The position numbers were made by a program, and so were the translations under genes. Shown here one piece after another: positions 1 through 8,560 of a stretch of 20,711 nt of DNA (position 1 is its first letter; the number at the start of each line of letters is the position of its first letter). Source of the DNA: Octopus sinensis (taxonomy: Eukaryota); assembly GCF_006345805.1 (NCBI RefSeq), contig NW_021824541.1, forward strand, positions 1 through 20,711, in the 5' to 3' direction. The notes under the pieces are model-generated. The model did no database searches. It was given only the letters and a program-made list of their open reading frames with translations, and was not told the origin of the DNA.

Positions 1-492
1 TGAAACTCGCCGACCCCCACCCTCGAAAGTGAATAGCCACAACACACCCACCCACTACACCACCACCACCACCACCACGCCCTCCAATTGAATACTCCAT
101 CACCATCATTCCACCAGTGAATAGTCAAAAGCTAACTGCCACCACCCTCGACGCCTCCACTACCCCCACACTCAGTCACAGGCCCTCACCCCACTCCCGC
201 CACCCGTAGTTCTGTCCATTCCCTTTCTAAAATCACTTTTATATTTTTGTTTTCTATTTTATAAATATACACTCATTTTTTCTCTTTTGCCTTCTTTCTT
301 TCCTACACGCGTGCGTGTTTGTATAATGTCTCTACGCGCGCTTGTGTGTGAATGTGTGTGTGTGTGTGTGTTAGTTTCACTTTTACTTTATTGTATGTAT
401 ATGTATTTGGTTTGCAAGATTCTTTATGTGAATTCGTGTGTTGAAGCATATTCTATTGTATCTAGAGAGAGTCGTTCCGTTTTAATACTTTT

Positions 493-648
493 TTAATTCA
501 CACATTCACTGGTCCGATTTCCACTCATTTACGTATTTATTTTTTCAAAAATGTTCGTTGCTATCGAAGAGATTGCAAGAAACAACAAACATTTTAGAAG
601 ATAAAATAAATAAATGAGTGGAAATCGAACTAGTGAGTGTGTTAATTA
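493..648. repeat. Long imperfect inverted repeat (foldback), arms of about 68 bp around a loop of about 20 nt
   Basis: 493-560 pairs with 582-648. The core atttccactcattta (517-531) is the exact reverse complement of taaatgagtggaaat (611-625); aaaatgtt/aacatttt and cacattcactggtccg/cgaactagtgagtgtg extend the stem with mismatches. Confidence 0.85.
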
Positions 649-690
649 ATAAGGCACTAAAAGAGAATGACTCTCCCCAGACACAATAGC

Positions 691-700
691 ATATATATAT

Positions 701-748
<48 letters not shown>

Positions 749-749
749 T

Positions 750-782
<33 letters not shown>

Positions 783-800
783 TGTGTGTGGTGTGTGTGT
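691..800. repeat. (TA)n followed by (TG)n microsatellite
   Basis: Directly visible. It abuts the 3' end of the SINE-B copy at 802-940. Confidence 0.95.
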
Positions 801-801
801 A

Positions 802-938
802 CGACGGGCTTCTTTCAATTTCCATCTAATAATCCATACACAAGGCTTTGGTCTGCCCGAGACTATAGTAGAAGACACTTACCCAAGGTGCTACGCAATG
901 GATTCGAACCCTTAACCATATGGTTGAGAACCAAGCTT

Positions 939-940
<2 letters not shown>
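802..940 (-). mobile_element. tRNA-derived SINE, family B (head and body)
   Basis: Minus strand reads ...caaccatatggttaagggttcgaatcc (B-box-like)...caccttgggtaagtgtcttctactatagtctcgggcagaccaaagccttgtg...gaaagaagcccgtcg; homologous to 16109-16243 and 17830-17972. Confidence 0.85.
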
Positions 941-1027
<87 letters not shown>

Positions 1028-1131
1028 TGAATATACCGAATAATTGTCACATATTACATTTACAGATAAATTCCTCTATTTACATAATATCGAGGTCTCT
1101 TTCATCTTTTGTTGTCTTACCATTTTTATCA

Positions 1132-1188
<57 letters not shown>
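941..1188. repeat. Two (TA)n microsatellites (941-1023, 1132-1188)
   Basis: Directly visible. Confidence 0.95.
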
Positions 1189-1190
<2 letters not shown>

Positions 1191-1428
1191 TCGCAAGCTC
1201 ACTTGCTTTGCTGCGCTAGGAAACATTTGGAGAATTAATTTGTTTCTTGCAAGATGTTGTATAAACGCAACTAATAGCTAATTAACAAACTTTATTAATT
1301 CTCTCAAATATGTAATTAAAAAAGAACTGCGTTTAGCTTCAATCCTTAGTTATTTAAAATAAAAAAAAGCAAGCGAACTTCAACCTTAAAACGTGCAATC
1401 ATTCAACTAAACCCAACGGTTTTAAAAC

Positions 1429-1460
1429 TACTGGCATTGTGCCAAAATTTGAAACCATTA
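1429..1460 (+). mobile_element. Isolated SINE-A 3' tail fragment (tail type C)
   Basis: ctggcattgtgccaaaatttgaaaccattatt matches ctggtcgtgtgccaaaatttgaatc at about 7264-7289; it lies tail-to-tail with the SINE at 1461. Confidence 0.6.
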
Positions 1461-1682
1461 TTATTTCTTATTTGCCCACAAGGGGCTAAACATAGAGGGG
1501 ACAAACAAAGACAGATAAGGAGATTAAGTCGATTACATCGACCCCAGTGCGTAACTGGTATTTAATTTATCGACCCCGAAAGGATGAAAGGCAAAGCCAA
1601 CCTCGGCGGAATTTGAACTCAGAACGTAACACCGCTAAGCATCTCGCCCGGCGTGCTAACGTTTCTGCCAGCTCGCCGCCTT
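1461..1682 (-). mobile_element. tRNA-derived SINE, family A, near full length, tail type A
   Basis: Minus strand: aaggcggcgagctggcagaaacgttagcacgccgggcg (A-box region), gttctgagttcaaattccgccgagg (B-box-like), core ctttcatcctttcggggtcgataaatt..taccagttacgcactggggtcgat, tail ccccttgtgggcaaataagaaataa. Eight further copies occur in the window. Confidence 0.92.
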
Positions 1683-2274
1683 ATGTTAGTATTGCACAGT
1701 TGTTACTTTGTTAGTACACCATTATTATTTCTATTAATATAATTAATTGCGATGTTCTCATCATATCTTTAATGGTAGAACAAGTAGTAAGACATTGATT
1801 AGTAATTAATTTCCTTGATTAATGACCAAGTTCAAATCCTACTAGTTAGCTTTGGTTTTGCATTATTTCACCGTTGGTCTACAGGAAATATCTACTTTTG
1901 CCACTTCCAAGAAATAAACAGCTGCTGCTCCAACAGATTATCTGAGTAGGTACAATTCTGAAACCTCATAAAGATTTATACGGAGCCCAGGGGTCACCAA
2001 AGCCTGAAATAGTAGTAGCCAGAAACGACAATAGCAGCACTACTTTTCGCGTAGTGTTTAGGGTTACGCTGCTTTAGGTCTTTGCTTATGAAGTCCTCGT
2101 CACAGCAACGGACTCCCGAGATTCGATCCCAGTGCATACTGTCTTGGATTGATGTCTTATATGGTTTTGTGTCTGAATAAAAGTCTTACTAAAGATGTAA
2201 CTTATACAGACAGCAAGGACCAATAACAGGTCACGAATGTTTAATATATTCAGTAAATTATGAGAGAGCAGAAA

Positions 2275-2492
2275 TAGTGGCTTCACGTTTTGGCAGAAAA
2301 CAGCAATTTTTCGTGGGAGGAGATAAATGGAATATATCGACCCCAGCGCTCAACTGGTACTTCTTTTATCGACCCCAAAAGGATAAAAGGTAAAGTTGAC
2401 CTCGGCGGAATTTGATCACACAACGTAAAGTCGGAAGAAATATCCTTAATCATTTCGCCCAGCGCGGTAATGCTTCTGCCAGCTCGTTGCCT
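2275..2492 (-). mobile_element. tRNA-derived SINE, family A, diverged
   Basis: Same head (ggcaacgagctggcagaag) and core (atcctttt ggggtcgataaaagaagtaccagttgagcgctggggtcga) as 1461-1682; the tail resembles type C. Confidence 0.85.
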
Positions 2493-2599
2493 CAGAGCGA
2501 GCAGCTAATATTTGTTTATTTTTCATCTCCTGGAAACTTAGGCTCGTAAACTGTTACATTGCGTCAGTTGATCTCTAAAAGGCATAAACTTGGGCAATA

Positions 2600-2970
2600 T
2601 ACAAAATAATGGAAAGAAAGAGAGCTACTTTTGGATGTGGGTCTTTCGCAAATTGAGCAGAAAAATGCTGAAAAGACAAAGCAACGAACTCTGCAGCACT
2701 AACAAAGCTGTAACTCCAAGTCCTTATTTGTCGAGAATCTAACTTTAAAACCGATCACATTTTGGATAGATAATGAATCAAGAGTCACTGCCCAAGACTA
2801 TGCTGACAGGAAGTGTGGGAGAGAAGAGAACAAGAGGACGTCAGAAATGTTTGTAGACTAACGAACATCAAAGAATATACGGGAAACAAGTGCTTGGCTG
2901 ATTCTATGCATGCACAGAGAACTGGAGAGTCTTAGCTAACCGACTCTTGGACGCAGGGAGGGCACCTGGC
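2600..2970 (+). mobile_element. Degenerate RTE-clade LINE, 3' end
   Basis: Broken translation ...LPKTMLTGSVGEKRTRGRQ...ENWRVLANRL..., typical of the RTE ORF C-terminus (LxKxxxxGxxxGKRxRGR motif); multiple stops and frameshifts. Confidence 0.65.
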
Positions 2971-3515
2971 CAATTACTGATATCGATGTTTCTGATTGGC
3001 GTTTACTGAGTATGTGCCCAAAAATCTCCCATTTTTTACCCGGCCATTTGTTTGGTGCGGAGGAAGTTAGGCAGATGATAAAGACGTCTTCGTGTAGATA
3101 CAGTTCCATCATTTTTTTTAGTTACCATAATGTTTGGAACCGGTGCACATCGCACGTTTTCTGTGAACCGACAAACTGTAGGTTTTCTTCTTATTTTGAA
3201 TCCTATTAGTATGTTCAAACTGACATAAGTTTGATCGGAGTTTTACATAATAATTTGGGCGCAAAGACACATATGATGAATAATGTTCTAATTAAGATAT
3301 TATGGAAGTATCCGATTTCACTAAATTACTCTTGTAATTAAATAGTATTATATTAGATTCCTTTATTCAATAAAAATTGAATAAATGATATGTTTCTTAA
3401 ATCGAGAAGTTTTAAGGCTTACATTTAAATTTCCAAATTAAGTTTTCTAGATTAATACAAAACATTCGCTAAATCTATCATATCAGAATAACTCTTCATA
3501 CAATCCTCACAGCCC

Positions 3516-3675
3516 ATGTTACTATACATCATATATACCTATATGTGTGTGTGTGCATGTGTGTATATATATATGTATATGTGCATATATATACGTATAT
3601 ATACGTATATGTGTGTGTTTGTATATACATATATACACGAATGCATATATATGTACGAGTGTGTGTGTGTGCGTG
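3516..3675. repeat. Mixed (TA)/(TG) microsatellite
   Basis: Directly visible. Confidence 0.9.
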
Positions 3676-3699
3676 TATACTTTTATGATTTTTTATTTT

Positions 3700-3888
3700 A
3701 TTCTTTTACTTGTTTCAGTCATTTGACTGCAGCCATGCTGGAGCACCACCTTGAGGAATTTTAGTCGAATAAATCGACCCCAGTACTTTTTTTTAAAAGC
3801 CTGATACTTATTCTATCGGTCTTTTTTGCCGAGCCGCAGAGTTACGAGGAGATAAAACACAACACTGTCAAGCGGTGGTGGGGGACAG
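3700..3888 (-). mobile_element. SINE module C (3' module that follows family B elsewhere in the window)
   Basis: Minus strand: ...gcggctcggcaaaaaagaccgatagaataagt...ggggtcgatttattcgactaa...ggtggtgctccagcatggctgcagtcaaatgactgaaacaagtaaaag; homologous to 17973-18090, 18175-18352 and 18560-18755. Confidence 0.85.
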
Positions 3889-3894
3889 TATATC

Positions 3895-3921
3895 ACATAT
3901 AATATATATAAATATATATAT

Positions 3922-3972
<51 letters not shown>
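3895..3972. repeat. (TA)n microsatellite
   Basis: Directly visible. Confidence 0.95.
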
Positions 3973-4119
3973 CTACACACACATGTGGTAGTTATCACAC
4001 ATCAGAGGCAGATTATTTCAGCAAATCAAGAAATTATGTTCCATGTAACTATACTTCTCTCCCACACCCTCTTGCTCTCTCCCTCCCCTCTTTCTCTCTC
4101 TCAAATATTTGCATTTCAG

Positions 4120-4347
4120 TGAAAGGTTTCAAAGACCTAAACAAATGCGCACGTTCCTTTATACAGTGTTGTCCTAGCGTTCCTGTTGCAGTACCTGGTC
4201 CTTACTCTATACGGAATGGGTGTGACATTTTCAGTAGTGCAGTAGTATCCTGTTCGAGATCTTGCATAACTCTCGATGCCAAAGTTTGGTGCCAACCCCT
4301 CCAGGGTCTTCCCTATGTATATTATATGTAATATTATATATATATAT

Positions 4348-4378
<31 letters not shown>

Positions 4379-4610
4379 ATATATATATGCGGTGGGAACC
4401 ATATATTTCTCCCGTCTTCGTAGCAAAGGGGTAGACTCGAGTAGAGCGGTATCTTAGTCTCTCCCAGTAGCTAAACTGTTTCTTTGATGCCATCTTCTGG
4501 GTGCAGACAGCTGAGGGCAAATGTCCTGCATAAAACCAGTATAATTTCCTGGTCACTTGTTCAAGATGTTCGGAGAAACCATCCGGCCATCCGCCAGCAC
4601 ATTTCTACAT
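4120..4610 (-). mobile_element. Degenerate CR1-type LINE, C-terminal ORF2 fragment, split by a (TA)n array at about 4318-4388
   Basis: Minus translation ...KQFSYWERLRY../..LRRREKYMV.[TA array].IGKTLEGLAPNFGIESYARSRTGYYC...PYRVRTRYCN matches the invertebrate CR1-type motif SYWERL..L.LYSL.RRRERY..IY.WKILEG..PN. Confidence 0.75.
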
Positions 4611-4675
4611 CTTGGTGATGTATCTGTCTGTCTCTTTGTCTCTCTCACTCTCTCTCTATATATAAATACAAAATT

Positions 4676-4800
4676 TAGAGGACTGACCACTAAAAGTGGA
4701 CAGCTTATATGCTAAACATAGACGTCAAATCGTCATTTACCACGAGAATGTGTTCTCAAGAAAAATCTCAGCAAAAAACCAAAGTGTAAAAATAAGCAAG
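4676..4800. repeat. Unclassified dispersed repeat, copy 1 (pairs with 12985-13110)
   Basis: accactaaaagtggacagcttatatgcta...gaatgtgttctcaagaaaaatctcagcaaa aligns with accactaagtggacatccaatatgcta...gaatgttctctagagaaattcagcaaa. Confidence 0.6.
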
Positions 4801-4866
4801 ACATGAAAATATACGAAATAAAAACGATTGCAGGTAATATCAATTTTCTACCCTTATTTAATTTTA

Positions 4867-5165
4867 TATATGTAGATATATAGATATAGATATAGATTAT
4901 ATATATATATAATATTATATTATATATATTATATATATATATTATATATATATACTTCATGTGTATATATGTGTGCCCAAATATATGCATATATCCATCA
5001 TATATACATTTATATATACTTTTATATATATCTCATCATCATCATTTTAACGACTATATATATGTGTGTGTGTAACTGTATATATAAACTGAAAAACAAT
5101 ATATATATATATACTTTCTCAGTTTGTTTTATTGTGCATATATATACATGGATATATATATATTG
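4867..5165. repeat. (TA)n-rich low-complexity block
   Basis: Directly visible. Confidence 0.9.
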
Positions 5166-5169
5166 AATG

Positions 5170-5395
5170 AGTATAAAGGGCTGATCCTGCGTGGTCTCCC
5201 CGAGGGGGCTGTTGACGTAAAAGAATCAGGGCGACAGATGGGTGTTGTCAGCTGCCCCTAAGTCTCTTCTGCTGTGAAGGAATGACTTGTTTCGTGCCTT
5301 AATTATAGAGCCGCCGATCGTTGATTATAGGGACAAGACTTGATGTTAATAGCTTGGCTTCTGTCTATGTTAAGGGACCGCAGGGTGGACAGGGT
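5170..5395. other. GC-richer, self-complementary block; probably a repeat fragment (possibly a LINE 5' UTR)
   Basis: Stems: ggggctgttgac (5205-5216) with gtcagctgcccc (5247-5258), and tcctgcgtggtc (5185-5196) with gaccgcaggg (5376-5385). Its right end recurs inverted at 6055-6088. Class not established. Confidence 0.45.
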
Positions 5396-5880
5396 GGTGG
5401 CTATGAAGGGTGAGGTTACGGTGAGGATGAAGATGGCGGCGGCGGTGGTGATGGTGTTAGGTATAGTGGTGGTGGAGGTAGCATGATGGTGCGAGCGACG
5501 GTGATAATGATGGTGGTGGTGGTGGTGGTGGTGGTGGTGGTGGTTGGTGGTACTGATACTGGTAGCATTGCTGATGGCGGCGGTGACGGTGGTAGTACTT
5601 CTAGTGGTTGTGGTGATAGTTATGCTGTGACTATAGTTGTGGTAGTGTTGGTGGCGGTGGTGGTGGTGGTGGTGGTGAGTGGTGGTGGTGGTGGGTGGTG
5701 GTGGTGGTGGGTGGTGGTTGTTGTTGTTATTGTTGTTGGTGGTGTTAAGAAGATGGTAATGTTGGTAGTATTTTCAATATGGTAGGGGTACAGTGGCTGG
5801 GTGTAGTGTTTTGTTGTTGCAGTTTGGTGGTGGTAGCGTTGTTGTTGCTGTTGTTATAGTGATGGTGGGGTGCTGACGAT
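5396..5880. repeat. (GGT)n/(GTT)n degenerate trinucleotide low-complexity tract
   Basis: Directly visible; it explains the poly-V and poly-G ORF 5483-5785. Confidence 0.9.
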
Positions 5881-6092
5881 GACATATAATACGTGTGTAC
5901 TCTTATCCATAATGTGACAGGGTGTATACATAGAGAAACGTACATGGACTATACATACATGTCGGTATAAATATATATAAATATATATATATATAAATAT
6001 ACCTTGAATTAAGGTATCAAGAAAATGTTCATGTTTACATACATACGAGGGGGTACCCTATCCACCCTGCGGTCCTTTAACATAGACATGGT

Positions 6093-6116
6093 CAGACAGA
6101 CAGACAGATAGATAGT

Positions 6117-6199
<83 letters not shown>

Positions 6200-6206
6200 G
6201 TAGATA
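6093..6206. repeat. (GACA)n-(GATA)n tetranucleotide microsatellite
   Basis: Directly visible. Confidence 0.97.
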
Positions 6207-6228
6207 GCCAAATAAGGGCATATGTTAA

Positions 6229-6415
6229 TTGATCTACATAATTATGCCTATATATATATATATATTATATATATATATAATATATATATTGTGTATTTAT
6301 ATATATATATATATTATATATATGTATGATATATATATATATATTAATTATTTATTATATATATTATATTATATATATATGTATATAATCTTATATATAT
6401 ATATATATATCTATA

Positions 6416-6458
<43 letters not shown>

Positions 6459-6483
6459 CACATAGTGACCACTCTCTTATATC

Positions 6484-6553
<70 letters not shown>
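6229..6553. repeat. Long interrupted (TA)n array
   Basis: Directly visible. Confidence 0.95.
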
Positions 6554-6555
<2 letters not shown>

Positions 6556-6771
6556 TTACATGGGGGATCAGGTGATGGTACGGTAGTTTGCGCAGTCCTT
6601 GGTATCTCTTTTCTTTGGTATTGGGATGAAAACTGACCTTTTCCATTCCCTTGGCCACTTACAGGTTCTCCATATTCGTTGGCAAAGCGATGTTAGTGTT
6701 TTTGTTGGTATTGGCTTGAGTAATTCTAGTGGAATACCATCAGTACCTGGGGCATTTCGGTTGGCCGAAAA
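6554..6771 (-). mobile_element. RTE-BovB-like LINE: N-terminal part of the reverse transcriptase (inverted segment)
   Basis: Minus translation [72 protein letters not shown] corresponds to the BovB-type K(A/S)xGxDGIPxEL...CQxIW...WPxxWKRSVFIPIPKKG.AKECSNYRTIALISH motif. Confidence 0.92.
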
Positions 6772-7030
6772 TGTCGCTAGAAGCTAGGATCACCAAGCAT
6801 AGATCGGCATATTTTGGTCATATTATGCAGAGAAAATCCCTGGAGAAGGACATCATGATCGGAATGGTCAGTGGCAAGAGATGAAGAGGCCGACCAAGAA
6901 CCTGCTGGCTTGACACCATCAAGAGTGATACCGGAATGGACATAGCCAATCTGAAAGAAGCGGCCCAGGATAGAACTGACTGGAGGACACTGATCCAACG
7001 AGTAACCGAGAGTCGACTTCGACTGAGCGA
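6772..7030 (+). mobile_element. RTE-BovB-like LINE: 3' terminus of the ORF
   Basis: Plus translation SLEARITKHRSAYFGHIMQRKSLEKDIMIGMVSGKR*RGRPRTCWLDTIKSDTGMDIANLKEAAQDRTDWRTLIQRVTESRLRLSD matches the BovB C-terminus (YFGH..R..SLEK..M.G...G.RRRGR...WLD......RTRLSD); one premature TGA at 6882-6884. Confidence 0.93.
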
Positions 7031-7235
7031 TATATATTATATATATATAATATATATCTATATATATTATATATATATAATATATATCTATATATATAAT
7101 ATTATATATATATATGGTTTTGTGTGTGTGTGTGTGTGTGTGTGTTGTGTGTGTGTTTTGTGTGTCTGTGTTTTTGTGGTGCGCGCGTGCATTTTATACA
7201 TATATACACATTTATATACATATATACACAAAATA
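7031..7235. repeat. (TA)n and (TG)n microsatellites
   Basis: Directly visible. Confidence 0.9.
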
Positions 7236-7243
7236 TATACGGC

Positions 7244-7289
7244 TTACCCGCTCCCCCGAAATTGCTGGTCGTGTGCCAAAATTTGAATC

Positions 7290-7293
<4 letters not shown>
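7244..7293 (+). mobile_element. SINE-A 3' tail fragment (type C)
   Basis: ttacccgctcccccgaaattgctggtcgtgtgccaaaatttgaatc, homologous to 1429-1460. Confidence 0.6.
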
Positions 7294-7344
<51 letters not shown>

Positions 7345-7360
7345 TGATGATGATGATGAT
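7294..7360. repeat. (AAT)n(GAT)n array, the 3' tail and target of the Tx1-type LINE
   Basis: Directly visible; abuts the LINE 3' end. Confidence 0.95.
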
Positions 7361-8392
7361 TTCTTCATTAACCACAAGGGTTTACATTAAGAAAAACATT
7401 AGGGACAGCACAGGACAAAACTAAGAACGTGTGTGTATGAGTCTGAGTGTGTTGTGAGGGTTTTGCGTGTAAACAAGACCAACAAAATGTTTTTTTAAAT
7501 CAACAATGTGTGATCCTCAACAGAGAGGAAACATTCAAGGGTTGCTCATGGACAAAAAACCCTTTAATCAACCACTGGTGCCCTGACTTTTGGGGCAGGT
7601 GCCTTTTTCCCTTTCTTTTTTTTTTTTTTTTCAACTACGAGCGTATACTCTGGCAGGCCTATTCACTCACACCATTCTCGCCACTTTCATCTACCTTTCG
7701 GCAAACTGACAAGAAGACAACACTTCCCTTTCTACCCTTAATTTCCTTTTCAAGTGAAACTTGAAGTTGATCAGGTATTGACCACAGAGAAAAATGTTTG
7801 TCTTCAGCCGCTTCAATCTCGACCACCATACAACCGCTTTCGCCATGGCCACCAGGCATATAAGCACAGCATTTCCTTCTCGGTTAAAGGAAGGCGGTAG
7901 GGCGATCTTCACGATGGTTTCAGTTGTTAGCCGGATCCGTCCCACACGTGACAGCAGGTGTTCAACAAAAACCCACAGGTCAGCAATGTTCGGGCACTGA
8001 ACGAGTGCAAGCAGGACCGTCTGGTCGTCCTGCACGCATCTCGGAGATACTCAGCTGATTGCAGTTCCGTGCCTGCAAAGTTTATTTCGAATAGACAACG
8101 CTCCTCGTTAGCACTGCCAAGCCAGAGATTTTTGGAAATTATCCATCGGTCTCGGGCCGAAAGTTCTCCAGAAAAGAGCGGCTAGTTGATCTTCTTCGAC
8201 GCCCGAAGTGTCTCCAGGAACGTTGTTGTACTTTTTTTCCCGCCAATCCTCTCTAAAAAGCTGCAGTGGACGTTCCACCTATGGCAGTCTCCGATTGGCA
8301 GAGGGCTGTGAACGCTTGAAGATATTCTAGTTGCCAAATGCTCCCTCTCGGTCTCTGTTTTACCCTGGACTGCAGCTCCGTTAAAGAAACTA
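7361..8392 (-). mobile_element. 5'-truncated L1/Tx1-clade LINE: ORF2 C-terminus with a decayed CCHC-like motif, plus 3' UTR
   Basis: Minus translation ...LAALFWRTFGPRPMDNFQKSLAWQC*RGALSIRNKLCRHG...SPRCVQDDQTVLLALVQCPNIADLWVFVEHLLS... resembles the Tx1/L1 motif W+..hG.L....L......C.RC...ET..H....C. The 3' UTR ends cccttgtggttaatgaagaaat then (ATC)n(ATT)n. Both flanks are (AAT)n. LINE identity is firmer than the clade call. Confidence 0.75.
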
Positions 8393-8394
8393 GC

Positions 8395-8433
<39 letters not shown>

Positions 8434-8455
8434 TAATAATAATAATAATAATAAT
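8395..8455. repeat. (AAT)n microsatellite
   Basis: Directly visible. Confidence 0.97.
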
Positions 8456-8560
8456 GTACGCCAGAAGCTGTATGTGTGTGTGTGTGTGTGTGTTAAATGA
8501 ACTAAGATGAGCAGGTCAAGGCAATTTGATATTCCTAGGACATTTAATAATAGAAAGGTG

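Noticed and set aside
200-222. cacccgtag resembles the miR-10/99/100 seed region
   Set aside because: There is no complementary arm to form a pre-miRNA hairpin and the 3' part does not match.
1987-2135. caggggtcaccaaa (hAT-TIR-like) and loose A/B-box-like motifs (gcgtagtgttt, gattcgatccc)
   Set aside because: Too short or degenerate, with atypical A-B spacing, no cloverleaf and no partner TIR.
3012-3218. Overlapping 60-65 aa ORFs with non-repetitive composition
   Set aside because: No recognisable domain and no convincing splice-site pair; kept only as a low-interest unique block.
5396-5880. Gly/Val-rich or Thr/His-rich structural protein ORF
   Set aside because: It is degenerate (GGT)n sequence with stops in adjacent frames and no exon signals.
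691-6553. Periodic AA/TT phase shifts inside (TA)n arrays, suggesting a higher-order pattern
   Set aside because: Spacing is irregular; it is best explained by slippage or sequencing indels in self-complementary repeats.
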